From the NCBI RefSeq assembly GCF_046119375.1, contig NW_027362761.1, positions 534,378,001 to 534,442,000 of the forward strand: DNA of 64,000 nucleotides. Direction: 5' to 3'. Of the stretch, positions 24,081 through 36,294 are shown one piece after another. Numbering within the stretch: position 1 is the stretch's first letter; the number at the start of each line of letters is the position of its first letter. The translations under genes were made by a program, and so were the position numbers. The notes beneath the pieces are model-generated. The model was not told where the DNA came from, searched no databases, and worked only from the letters and a program-made list of their open reading frames with translations. Source of the DNA: Phyllobates terribilis. Taxonomy: Eukaryota.

Positions 24081-24974
24081 CTACATAAAACACGAAATAC
24101 AGAGTCGTCAGCAGTGTTACAGGACTGAGTCTGCTCCATGCAGTGTGGGTGCTGGCCGGGTTATACAGCCAGCATCGGCCTGTAACAGCAGTAACTGGAG
24201 CTATCTCCGATTGCAGCTGTTTGACTATTTAAATGCCGCTGTCAATCATAGAGTTGTGATGTTTAACCCTGGCACCATAAGGCTTCTGATGGCCCCATTT
24301 GACCCAATCTTTGTGCTCCTATGAAATCAAGCCAGTGGCTAAGCTTCATAGGAGGTTTTTGCCACCTTTTAGAATACTTTAGGCTATAAGCTACTGTAAT
24401 CATAGCAGAACAAAGTGAGAATTAATTACCCTCCCCGGTCGAGCACTGGCTTTCCTCCATTACCCTAGTCTGCATTGCTAACATCACATCAACGGCGCTA
24501 TAGCCAATCAGTCAGCTCAACTGCTTATGCAGTCTACATGGTCAAAGATACTGAGCTCAGCAATTGTCTGCAGCGCTGAAGACAAACAACAGAAATCAGG
24601 GCAGTGGTGGAAAGCCGGTGCTTGACTGGGCGAGGGTAAGTAATACTCATTTGTTTTGCTAGAATTACTGCTGCTTTTGGCCCAACTGTTACGAAGGTGA
24701 TAACCCCTTTAATTTCAATATTGCAAACGATCAAACAATCGCAGGTTTGAGTCCCCTTGGTTAAGTTAAGTGTGAATATATTCTATAATGGTATTCATTT
24801 AATGAACATATCATGATGAAGTTCAGCTCAAAGCGCATCGATTATGGATCCCATGTCAATCTATGAGTGATGGACGCCACTGTTAGACGTATGCGATAAA
24901 TGAAGTCTATTAACGCAAATTTAACAAACTGAGTCCACATGTGCCTGCACCGTGCTGTGTACATGGTCACCTAC

Positions 24975-25097
24975 AGGGTCAAACTTTTCCATCTCGGGGT
25001 CGTTCTTAGGATCCACCTCTTCCTCCTCGTCGCTGCTCTGCTCCGCATACCGCAGAATCCACTCTTTCATGCTCATTTCCTCCTTATCGTTACCAGC
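24975..25097 (-). CDS. DHX29: DHX29 coding exon 6
   Basis: AGNDKEEMSMKEWILRYAEQ...EKFDP; 123 nt. Confidence 0.92.
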
Positions 25098-25900
25098 CTA
25101 AAAAAAATTCATTTATATCACAAGTTAAGTATATGATTCCTGGGAAGATTCATTACAGATATAGGAGAGAAAAGTTATTTTTATCATTTTACTTTCCGAA
25201 TTTGCTTGTCTCATTCCTTTCTACATGCTTGACAGAGCCGAATGAGGGCTCGTCATTTTCCGAGTAACTTTTTTTTTTCTAATGATGGAGCTGTTAATAA
25301 TTCATACCATTGTGTGGTACATACAATATTTTGATCGCTTTTTATTACATTTTTTAAAGGAGATGCAACAACTGAAAAAATAGCAATTGTGGCGTTTCAG
25401 TTTATTTTTTTCTCTTTACATCAGTTACCATATTGGTTAATTAATTTGATATGTTGCTAGATCAGACTTCTATAGATAGAGCTATGCCAAATATTCTTTT
25501 TTTCTATTTAATAAGGGGGTGGTTCCGTGTTTGTTTTTACATATTTTTTATTTGTTCGTTCTGTATACGGCAGTACAATTGTATTGCAACATAAAGTTAA
25601 ACTGATGGAGTACCTAGATGGCAGCAAAAGAGTATTCGGTGCCTTCCAATAGGCACTTCTCTTCTGTGTTGCTGAGGGGAGGGGTGATGAGTGCTCGAAA
25701 CACCGACCACCAGGATCTCTCCATTTAAATGCCAGTGTCAGAAGTTAAACAGCAGCGATTGGAGTTAACGCCAGTTGCTGCGCTTAGAGGCAGGAGCTTG
25801 CTTTATGACACAACCATGTGCAGCAGCAACCCATAAATGTAAAATTACGCTTTTTACCTTTTGCTATCGATTTTCATGCTTTGTGACTTCAACCACTTAC

Positions 25901-26028
25901 CTTCAAAGGCGGATCAGCTGATCTACCGACACTGTCACGCACTGACTGCTGTGATGTGGGATAAAACTTTTCTCTAACTTTTTTCTCTTCCTCCACAAAC
26001 TGCTGACTGAAGCCATCAGGCAACGCAT
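25901..26028 (-). CDS. DHX29: DHX29 coding exon 5
   Basis: (D)ALPDGFSQQF...DPPLK; donor AAG|GTAAGT; 128 nt. Confidence 0.88.
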
Positions 26029-26274
26029 CTGTGAAAGGAAAGTGGTATTACTATATAGCGTACAGATCTGAACACGTTAGGTCTGTGCATTTCTTGACAA
26101 AACGGGAACGAATCCAATTAAAGAGCAGCAGGAAAACACGTTCTTGGGAGTTTATGGTAAGAAATATATGGACCTAATATGACCTGACACAAAAACGCTC
26201 TAAGTCCTCTGCTGAAAAAACCCCGTGGTCACAACTTTAGAACCAAGTTTTGCACAATAAAGTGTAATTCATAC

Positions 26275-26404
26275 CGTCCTGTAGGTTCAAGCAAAGCCAG
26301 TCCAGTGCAGAATGCAGGTCTCCGCCATACAGCACAGCATTGGACATGGCATCTTCAATGTGTTCTGCCTTGAAATTAAACTCCTGTAAGGCTGTATACA
26401 GATC
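26275..26404 (-). CDS. DHX29: DHX29 coding exon 4 (UBA-like region)
   Basis: DLYTALQEFNF...YGGDLHSALDWLCLNLQD; 130 nt. Confidence 0.95.
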
Positions 26405-26640
26405 CTAGCAAAAAAAAAAAGATATTATGCTGAATTTTTTTTTAAGACTACTACACAAGTCTACATCTTGCCTGAGTTTTGCCACTCGAAGAAGAGATGC
26501 ACCCATTGTCCAAAAAAAAACCATACGTTTTTACTGTGTTCTTAGGATATTCCATGCAGTGAAAAAAATATCAACAGTCCAAACAAAAGCCGGCACTCAC
26601 ATCTTTAATTGCTTTATTGATCCAGTAGTGTAAAAGGCAC

Positions 26641-26828
26641 AAAAAATGGTTGACCACAACAGCACAAAAATTAAAAAGGCAGAAAAGAAATATCTGCTGT
26701 GCTCCCAGGCAACATGTTTCAGACCTGCATGGTCTTTTGTCAAGGTCTGAAACATGTTGCCTGGGAGCACAGCAGATAGTTCTTTTCTGCCTTTTTAATT
26801 TTTGTGCTGTTGTGGTCAACCATTTTTT
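26641..26828. repeat. Near-perfect inverted repeat (86-bp arms, 16-nt loop)
   Basis: 26641-26726 versus 26743-26828; one mismatch seen. Confidence 0.9.
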
Positions 26829-28120
26829 TCCCCATACTGGTTACAGGAATAGAGGAAAATGTTGGGAGGTATGGAGAACTAACTAATATGAAAATGAAAG
26901 ATGACCTGTCACTTTGCTTGACATGTCTGCTGTCATAAATACTTGTATATCAGTTTTTCTTAGAAATGTGGGTTGTGTAGTTACACCTTATTGTCTGCAG
27001 CTCTGAAATCACTTCGACACCGCTGCAGCCAATCAGTGCGCTCATCAGCTTGTGCTGGTAACTTCAGAGGGAGCAGCTGATCTCTGCAGCGCTGTCAACA
27101 TGATGTCAGTGCTGCAGACAATAACAGACACTGGAAACAAGGGTGAAGACTCAGCCCTGGAACCGGGGAGGGTGAGTAAAGAAAAGTTCATTTTTAATTT
27201 TTTGAAAACAAACTGAAGCAGGGAAAAGGTTTTCTGAAAACTCCTTTAAGGTAAGCACTGTATAAAAGGAAAAAAATATCAGACTGACAAAATTTCTGTT
27301 ATTGTGTGGCCGCATCTCCCCCAATAATGCAATAAAAATAGATCAAAACATTGCTGGTTCCCCAAAATGTGATCAATAAAAACACCAACAAACAACAGGG
27401 CTTCACTCAGCCCCACTGACAGAAAAATAAAAGTTTCGGGTCTCAGAAAATGGAGAGACAATTCAAAAAACAAAAATGTTATTTTACTCCCGAAAAACGA
27501 AAAAAAAAAAAAAAAAAAAAAAAAAACCTACAAGATTGATGTTGGCATAATTGTACTGACCTGAAGAATCATACTGCTAGGTCATTTATATGGGACAATG
27601 AATGCCATAAAAACAAAACCCAAATAACAATGGCGGAGCTGTGGGGGTTTTATTTCACCATTTCACTGCATTTGGAATTTTTTTTTTTTTTGCATTTTTC
27701 AGTACATCATATTGTAAAATGAATGGGGGGTCATACAAAACTACAACTTATTCCACAAAAAAGAAGCTCTGGTACGGCTGCGTCCCCATATAAAAATATT
27801 TACTGCCTATGTGAGGGATAGCTGATGAATGTATGATTGGTAGAGGAAGGGTCCGACCAACTGGAGTCACAGTGTGTGAATGTCACAGTGTGACCACCGC
27901 TTTCGTAGACAGTGGACATTACTACTCGGCTCACATGGGAAGCACAGGGCCCCTAGTGATCCTTTGGGGTCCCAGTGGATGGACCCCCACCAATTATATA
28001 TTCATCATGTATCCTATGGCCAGGTGATAAATCTCGCGGTTTATGTTAATGTGTAACATAACAGGATTTGTGCGACGTCACACCGGAAGTATAATGAGTG
28101 CGAAGACAAGAGCTGCAGAC

Positions 28121-28234
28121 CTGTAACTTCTTAGCAGTCAGCCTCCCCGACACCGTCCCCAAGTCACAGTTCAGCTTCTTATGATCATTTATGAGAGAGA
28201 TGATCCTTTTCTCCAGTTTGCTTTCAATCACCAC
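28121..28234 (-). CDS. DHX29: DHX29 coding exon 3
   Basis: VVIESKLEKRIISLINDHKK...SGRLTAKKLQ; 114 nt. Confidence 0.95.
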
Positions 28235-28873
28235 CTGATGGAAGAAAAGAGAAATGAGGCCAATGCAGCAAATTGTTGACAAGCTGTTACATTCTCATTA
28301 CCCATAGCTCCAGCTCCAGCTGTGCCGATTGTGCTGCAAAAATTACAGAAACTTTTCCGTTTCAATTTTACAAAACATGCAGCAAAAATGGCGGATGTGA
28401 ATACAGCCTCATACAGATGTGAAGTGTACAGGCTCCCATACACCTTAGACAGCAAGAGAGACAATCTTTGTACGCGAGATGAGGATCCTGGACATGGGAC
28501 CCCGCTATAAATCCAAACTTCTAATGTATCCATAAAAACTTAAAGACAAAGCGCAGCCCGAGGGCCACATGCTGTAAGGGCTGGAAATCGAGGCGACTCG
28601 CACCATGTGGCCGCCCCTTGTACTGTGTTTCAATTTCATTGGTAGTTGCATCCTCGGGAATCAGATAAGGGTGAATACAATTATGGAACGGGAAAGTGTC
28701 AGCTAATTCGTCCACCATTGAGCCTGTATGTATAAAAGCAGAGCAGGCGCGATGTAGAAATGTCACTACATTGCGCATGATGTGCGGAGCCTCAGTACAC
28801 TGCACAGACCAGAGCAGCGGGGAAAGCAAATTGTGGAAGTCGTTTTTTTTAAAATTATCATCAGTACATCATA

Positions 28874-28874
<1 letters not shown>

Positions 28875-28949
<75 letters not shown>

Positions 28950-30965
28950 GCGCACGTGCGTGGGGGGGACGCACACCACACCGCGCGCGGGGACGCACCA
29001 CACCGCGCGCAGTGTGTGGGGACACATCATACTGTGTGTGTGAGGGGGGTAGACACACATCATACTGTGTGAGGGCGGTGACACATCATACTGTGTGTGT
29101 GTGTGAGGGCGGTGACACATCATACTGTGTGTGTGTGTGAGGGCGGTGACACATCATACTGTGTGTGTGTGAGGGCGGTGACACATCATACTGTGTGTGT
29201 GTGTGTGAGGGCGGTGACACATCATACTGTGTGTGTGTGTGTGAGGGCGGTGACACATCATACTGTGTGTGTGTGTGTGAGGGCGGTGACACATCATACT
29301 GTGTGTGTGTGTGTGAGGGCGGTGACACATCATACTGTGTGTGTGTGAGGGCGGTGACACATCATACTGTGTGTGTGTGTGAGGGCGGGGACACATCATA
29401 CTGTGTGTGTGTGTGAGGGCGGGAACACATCATACTGTGTGTGTGTGTGAGGGCGGTGACACATCATACTGTGTGTGTGTGTGAGGGCGGTGACACATCA
29501 TACTGTGTGTGTGTGTGAGGGCGGGGACACATCATACTGTGTGTGTGTGTGAGGGCGGGGACACATCATACTGTGTGTGTGTGTGAGGGGGGGACACATC
29601 ATACTGTGTGTGTGTGAGGGCGGGGACACATCATACCGTGTGTGTGTGAGGGGGGGGACACATCATACTGTGTGTGTGAGGGCGGGACACATCATACTGT
29701 GTGTGTGAGGGCGGGACACATCATACTGTGTGTGTGAGGGGGGGACACATCATACTGTGTGTGTGAGGGGGGGACACATCATACTGTGTGTGTGAGGGGG
29801 GGGGGGACACATTCTGAAACATGTGTGTGAGAGGGGGGGACACACCACACTGCGCGAGCGTGTGTGTGTGTGTGGGGGGGGGGGGGGACATCATACTGTG
29901 TGTGTGAGGGGGGGACATGATACTGTGTGTGCGTGTGAGGGGAGACATCATACTGTGTGTGTGTGTGAGGGGAGGGACATCATACTGTGTTGTGTGTGAG
30001 GGGAGGGACATCATACTGTGTGTGTGTGTGTGTGAGGGTGGGGACATCATACTGTGTGTGTGTGTGAGGGTGGGGACATCATACTGTGTGTGTGAGGGTG
30101 GAGACATCATACTGTGTGTGTGAGGGGAGGGGACATCATACTGTGTGTGTGTGTGAGGGGAGGGACATCATACTGTGTGTGTGAGGGTGGAGACATCATA
30201 CTGTGTGTGTGAGGGTGGAGACATCATACTGTGTGTGTGAGGGGAGGGGACATCATACTGTGTGTGTGTGTGAGGGGAGGGACATCATACTGTGTGTGTG
30301 TGTGAGGGGAGGGACATCATACTGTGTGTGTGAGGGGAGGGACATCATACTGTGTGTGTGAGGGGAGGGACATCATACTGTGTGTGTGAGGGGAGGGACA
30401 TCATACTGTGTGTGTGAGGGGAGGGACATCATACTGTGTGTGTGAGGGGAGGGGACATCATACTGTGTGTGTGTGTGAGGGGAGGGACATCATACTGTGT
30501 GTGTGAGGGGAGGGACATCATACTGTGTGTGTGTGTGAGGGGAGGGACATCATACTGTGTTGTGTGTGAGGGGAGGGACATCATACTGTGTTGTGTGTGA
30601 GGGGAGGGACATCATACTGTGTTGTGTGTGAGGGGAGGGACATCATACTGTGTTGTGTGTGAGGGGAGGGACATCATACTGTGTGTGTGAGGGGAGGGGA
30701 CATCATACTGTGTGTGTGTGTGAGGGGAGGGACATCATACTGTGTATGTGAGGGGAGGGACATCATACTGTGTGTGTGTGTGAGGGGAGGGACATCATAC
30801 TGTGTTGTGTGTGAGGGGAGGGACATCATACTGTGTTGTGTGTGAGGGGAGGGACATCATACTGTGTTGTGTGTGAGGGGAGGGACATCATACTGTGTTG
30901 TGTGTGAGGGTGGAGACATCATACTGTGTGTGTGAGGGGAGGGGACATCATACTGTGTTGTGTGG
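28875..30965. repeat. (TG)36 microsatellite leading into a ~2 kb compound minisatellite
   Basis: Unit ACATCATACTG(TG)nAGGG(CGGTGAC/GAGGG/TGGAG) with a variable TG tract. Confidence 0.95.
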
Positions 30966-31478
30966 GAACTGTTAATGAAGCTACAAAGGCTGAATAACAG
31001 GAGCAGTATGACTTATAAACTTTATAAAAACAGTAAACTATTTGGTTTTGATTCACTGCTACAGGTAAAAATACAAGCCCTATCGTAACCTGTATTAGAG
31101 GTACTAGCCAGTCACACACTTAATTCTGCTCAAAAATAAGCTATAAAAATGTATCTAAAACAATAAAAAAATAAGCAGAATTAAATCTGCTCTATTGGTT
31201 CAGTCCTCCACAACAGTCAGTGTCTTTAAATTGCCCACCCCTGGCTTAGAAAATATCCCACCGAATTGTACACAGCTCCTATGCAGACCTGTGAGTCTCT
31301 ATAGTTACAGACTACAAACAAACCCTAGGTGTAGTCTGACCCTGCAGTTGTGTGTCATTCCCTTCTAGACACGCCTGCTGTCTTATGTTCGTAAGATAGA
31401 GGGAGCGGAGTAACATAGGATGGCAGGATCTCGCCGCACACAGGGTTTGTTAGCAGTCCGTAATCATGGGGACATATA

Positions 31479-31729
31479 CAGTGAGTGAAATAAGTATTAT
31501 ACATGTCATCAATTTTCTACGTAAATCTATTTCTAAAGGTGCTATTGACATGAAATTCTCACCAGATGTCAGTAACAACCCATCCAATCCACACAGGCAA
31601 ATAAATCAATCCATTGATGTCCATAAATTAAGCTTTGTGTATAATGAGAAATGATACAGGGAAAAAGTATTGAACACACTTACTGAAATGCATTTAATAC
31701 TTAGAACAAAAGCCTTTGTTGGTGATGAC
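31479..31729. mobile_element. Tc1-like terminal fragment fused to a hAT MITE (31730-31920)
   Basis: TA|CAGTGAGTGAAATAAGTATT start; then a TAGTGTTGAGC palindrome truncated on the right. Confidence 0.65.
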
Positions 31730-31920
31730 TAGTGTTGAGCAAGTATGAATTGTTAACCCCTTGTTTGTCAGGCAATCCCTGCATGTGTCACAGGTGTATG
31801 ACAGATGTGACACATGCAGCCGCGGCGACACTTTCATCAATGTCGAGAACGCCGCAAATACTCGGTGAGAACCCGAGCGTGCTCGCCGAAGGGGTTAACA
31901 ATTCATACTCGATCAACTCG

Positions 31921-33523
31921 CAAAAAACAAGCCGTCACATGACTGTCGGCTGAAATATGGAAAAATTAGAGCTTTCAAAATATGGCGATGCAAAAACTAG
32001 TCTTTGCAAAAAAAAAAAGGGTTTTTTAGTGTGTGACATCTGTCAATCATCAAAACCCGATATGAATCTGGTATTGCTTTAATCGCACCGACCCGAAGAA
32101 TAAAGTCCTCTAATCACTTATACTGCACGAGGAATGGCATAAAAAATAAACGCTAGGGTTAGGGTTGTGTTGGGGTTGGGATTTTTTCAGAAGTAAAGAA
32201 AAAAAAATAATGACGATTAGTGTTGAGCGCAAGTGCTCACTACTTGAGTTTGCATCGGGTGCTCGGGTATGCACAGAGTATCGCGGGTGCTCGAGTGACA
32301 TGCTTGAGTCTCCGCTCCGCATGTTTTGCAGCTGTTATACGGCCAAAAAAACCTTGCGGGAATTGCCTGCCATGCACGAGTGATCCCAGCATGTTTTTTT
32401 TTGGGTGTCTAACAACTGTGAAACATGCGGGGTGGGGACTCGAGCATATCACCCGAGCACCCGTGATACATGGTGCATACCTGAGTACCTGATGCAAGGT
32501 CAAGTAGCGAGCACTTGCACTCAAGACTAATGACAACTTATTCAATATGATGACCTAATGTTATCAAATTCTGTGTCGTACCTCTGAGTTCAAAATGTCC
32601 ACTATATCCCTTGATAAAACCCCGGAGGGGTGTAGTTTCCAAAATGGTGCCACTTCTTGGGGGGTTTCCACTGTTTAGGCACATCAGGGGCTCCCCAAAC
32701 GCAACATGGCATCCGCTAATTAAGCAAATTTTACATTCAAAAAGTCAAATGGCGCTCCTTCCCTTCTGAACCCTGCCATGTGGTTTTCCCCTACATATGG
32801 GGTATCTGGTGCTCAGGAGGAATTACACAACAAACTTTGGGGTCCACTTTTTCCTAAAACCCTTGCGAAAATAAAAAAATTGGGGTCTAAAGTAACATTT
32901 TGTGAAAAAAAATAAATGTTCATTTTTTTCTTCCATATTCCAAAAATTCCTGTGAAGCACCTGAAGGGTTAATAAACTTCTTGAATGTGGTTTTGAGCAC
33001 CTTGAGGGGAGCAGTTTTTAGAATGGTGTCACTTTGGGGTATTTTCCGTCATAAAGGCCCCTCAAAGTCACTTCAAATGTGATGTGGTCCCTAAAAAAAT
33101 GGTTTTGTAAATTTTGTTGTAAAAATGAGAAATCGCTGGTCAACTTTTAACCTTTATAACTTTCTAACAGAAAAAAAAATTTGGTTACAAAATTGTGCTG
33201 ATGTAAAGTAGACATGTAGGAAATGTTATTTATTAACTATTTTGTGTGACATATCTCTCTGATTTAAGGGCATAAAAATTCAAAGTTTGAAAATTGCGAA
33301 ATTTTCGCCAAATTTCCGTTGTTTTTTTTCACAAATAAATGCAAGTCATATAGAAGAAATATTACCACTATCATGAAGTACAATATGTCACGAAAAAAGA
33401 ATATCCGAATCAGTGAGATACATTGAAGCGTTCCAGAGTTATTACCTCATAAAGTGACAGTGGTCAGAATTGTAAAAATTGGCCTGGTCATTAACGTGCA
33501 AACCACCCTCGGGGGTAAAGGGG
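31921..33523. mobile_element. Terminal part of a large TTAA-flanked non-autonomous element, carrying a hAT MITE at 32218-32529
   Basis: Ends AAAGGGG|TTAA; collinear with 57780-61280; the inner MITE has TSD ATGACGAT/ATGACAAC. Confidence 0.75.
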
Positions 33524-33752
33524 TTAACAAGCAGAACCTAAGATAAAAAGAAAAGGAGCAAATATCCTGTAATAAGCAAATAAATAATAGTACAACTGTT
33601 ATTTACATGTAATATTACTATTTATTTGCTTGCTACAAGATATTTGCTCATTTTCTTTTTATCTTAGGTTCAAAGTGTGAACAGACTCTTATATAAGGGA
33701 ATAATATCATTATCAGCGATTCCCCAACAGAAATACAGTGACGAGTTCTCAC

Positions 33753-33820
33753 CTTCAGTACAGATTTGTCGTTATTAGCAGTAGAGTCGGCTGATGAGGC
33801 AAAGCTGTACGTTTTTGGAC
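33753..33820 (-). CDS. DHX29: DHX29 coding exon 2
   Basis: (G)PKTYSFASSADSTANNDKSVLK; AG/GT boundaries; 68 nt. Confidence 0.9.
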
Positions 33821-34286
33821 CTAACAAAAAAGAAGAAATAAAATATCAGCAAAAAAAAAAATTTTTGATTGTGTAGAAAATGGACATATCAAATAAGTGG
33901 CAAAGGCGACAGATAAAACCTAAGTATCTCAGGAACCTTCTGCTGTGGCTGAAATCACTGCTGGCAGAACGGTGTAATCTCAGATTTAGAGCTGATTCTT
34001 TCTAGAAACAGCTCCACCTCTGCCCTCAGGCTGTGTCTGGTATCACAGCATTGTCACAGTTACATGAATATGGGTGAGCTGTAATACCAGACACGGCCTA
34101 TGAACAGAGCTATTGATCACAATTAACCAGGTACATAAGTCATTTAGAAGTTTGGGAAGGCTGGATACAAATCTGCATGGGAGCTGTTCTGGCAGCCATA
34201 TTGGTTGTTACCCTGCCTCTTTACCTGGCAGTGACAAACCTCATCCCTAGAACACAAGCATTAGTCCTGGACTGTCTCCACGTTAC

Positions 34287-34470
34287 CTTGCTTGCTCCGT
34301 GCTTCCTTACTCACAGAAGACGCACTTGCCGACCTGCCAGCCTCCCTCTTTGCTGCATCCTCCCCTCCAGTCCTGGTCTCTGCTGCTGCCCTGGTTCGGT
34401 TAACAGCAGAAATCGCACCCTGGATGGCAGGAGCATTGCTGTGCCGGTTTTTCTTATTTTTACCGCCCAT
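34287..34470 (-). CDS. DHX29: DHX29 coding exon 1
   Basis: MGGKNKKNRH...SKQG; strong Kozak AGAATGG; donor AAG|GTAACG; 184 nt. Confidence 0.93.
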
Positions 34471-34529
34471 TCTTCTAGATCTTCAGGAGAATATCTACAC
34501 CAAGAAACAACCAAAACATGATGGATAAA

Positions 34530-34930
34530 CTCTTACAATGGAACCGGTCACCAGGTTTTTCCCATATAAAGAAGAGCCAGCACATGTACGCCCTATGTGA
34601 CAGCATCCTAGAATGCTGTATATATGTCCCCAGTGCGCTCTGCATAGCACAAAAAAAGATCTTATTATACTCACCTATGGGGCGGTCCGGTCCGATGGGT
34701 GACGGTGATCTTGATCCGGAGCCTCCTCTCTTCTTGTGATCGCCGTCCTCCTTCCTTGCCTCGTGTGGGTGACGCGTACTACGCCATCCACACAGTGTCC
34801 TCCAGCGCAGGTGCACTTCTCTCTGGCCTGCCGAGCGCAGTACTGTAGTACGCATGCGCCGGGAAAGGCCAAAGAGCGCCGCCGCATGCGCACTACAGTA
34901 CTTTGCTCTGTCCCGCAGTTCTGTGGTTTG
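34530..34930. mobile_element. GC-rich MITE-like segment just upstream of the DHX29 ATG exon
   Basis: Degenerate AGGGAACCTGTCACC-type start; internal inverted GTACTGTAGT..CGCATGCGC blocks; minus-strand donor ATAG|GTGAGTA at 34674. Confidence 0.5.
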
Positions 34931-35833
34931 TTCTGTTGTCACTTCGAAACGCATAGAAAAATAAATCTCATTTATCTCCTGGATCCTCAGCTCCATTCAT
35001 CTTTAATCCTTTGTTCGACAGTGCAGAAATTAACCCATTATCCCTTGCCTTCGCCATCTTTCCCTGATGGGTCTGCAGCAGCCGTGCTCCAAAGCTATTT
35101 ATGTACCACAACCTTAAAAGGTGAACAGTTGTTTACTAATCCTGTTCGGATATTATCAGATAAGACCCTATTTGCGCTACTGTTCTTACATTTAATAGAC
35201 AGATATTTAGGATTAAAATAAATGTTAGTTTCAGACCACCCCTTTAATACCTTTCTAGATCATCAAACAGGCAGTTAAATGGAATCTGTCAGACGGTTTT
35301 TGCTACCCCATCTGAGAGCAGCCTGATGTAGAGACAGAGATCCTGATTCCAGAGATGTGTCACTTACTGGTTTACTTCTGGTCAATTTGATAAATCACTT
35401 TTTTTTTAAACTCTTTATTGAAAAATTCCACAGGATAATGGTTACAAACAGATATCGTCATAGTATAAGGTCAGGGTAATCTAAACATTAACCATCCTCA
35501 GTTTAATACAATTTACATCACAAGAAAGAAACGAAAAAAACAAAAAACCCCAAATAGTTTGAAACATAAGCTTCATTGTGGAGCACTGCACTCTTTACTA
35601 AACCGGCCCAATCCTTATCAGAATTCAGTATATATATCAATTACAGTTGCAATAGAGGTACACTCTTACAGCCCATATGTATCATATATTGTTTTCCATG
35701 CACTCAAAAGGCATATATCAGGACTCATAACGTGAGATTAGCGAGGTCATGGCACCAGGGGACAAGTGCGTTAAGGGCGAATTACACCATCTTTCCCATA
35801 TCCTTTGGAATTTCTGGGGACAACCCCTATTCC

Positions 35834-35982
35834 TATTATTATTATAGCGCCATTTATTCCATGGCGCTTTACATGCGAAAAGGGGTATACATAGAAAAAG
35901 CAAGTACAATAATCTTGAACACAATGTGACAGCGACTGGTACAGGAGGAGCGAGGACCCTGACCGCGAGGGCTCACAATCTA
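35834..35982 (-). mobile_element. SINE/L2-type 3' tail inserted in the L1 3' region
   Basis: TAGATTGTGAGCCCTCGCGG...GTAAAGCGCCATGGAATAAATGGCGCTAT(AAT)n, resembling the tail of the SINE at 7336. Confidence 0.7.
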
Positions 35983-36294
35983 TACAATATTGTTTCATAC
36001 AGTATTGTATCATTCACTAGTTTTTCCATTGGTTGATAGTAGGAGACTTCCCTCCCATCCATCTTAATGTTATCGCTTTTCTGGCCATAAATGTAGCCTC
36101 CCGAAGCAATATCCGATCATAGTGTGTCCACATTTCCTCGTCCACAATACCAAAGACACAAAACTCTGGACTACATTCAATTGGCATCCCAATTATCCAT
36201 TCCAGTGTAGTTTTCACTTCACCCCAATATCTTCGTATTATCCCACAATTCCAAATAAGATGCCAGAAATCCACTCCTGATTACCCAAATCTGT

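Larger units (their letters stand above)
5092..34470 (-). other. DHX29: DHX29 gene span, coding exons 1-20 (3' exons outside the window)
   Basis: Twenty exons splice in frame and match DHX29 from MGGKNKK to ...EELCLHIM, including motifs [33 protein letters not shown] and QRQGRAGR. Confidence 0.97.

Noticed and set aside
25858-25900. Longer exon 5 using AAAAG|GTAAAA
   Set aside because: It adds 43 nt with an in-frame TGA; the proximal GTAAGT donor fits phase 0.
26571-26886. Near-identical ORFs on both strands (MTTTAQKLKRQK...)
   Set aside because: An artefact of the DNA palindrome.
28766-30123. Many ORFs with HTHT/VCVC repeats
   Set aside because: They are translations of the TG-rich minisatellite and appear in all frames.
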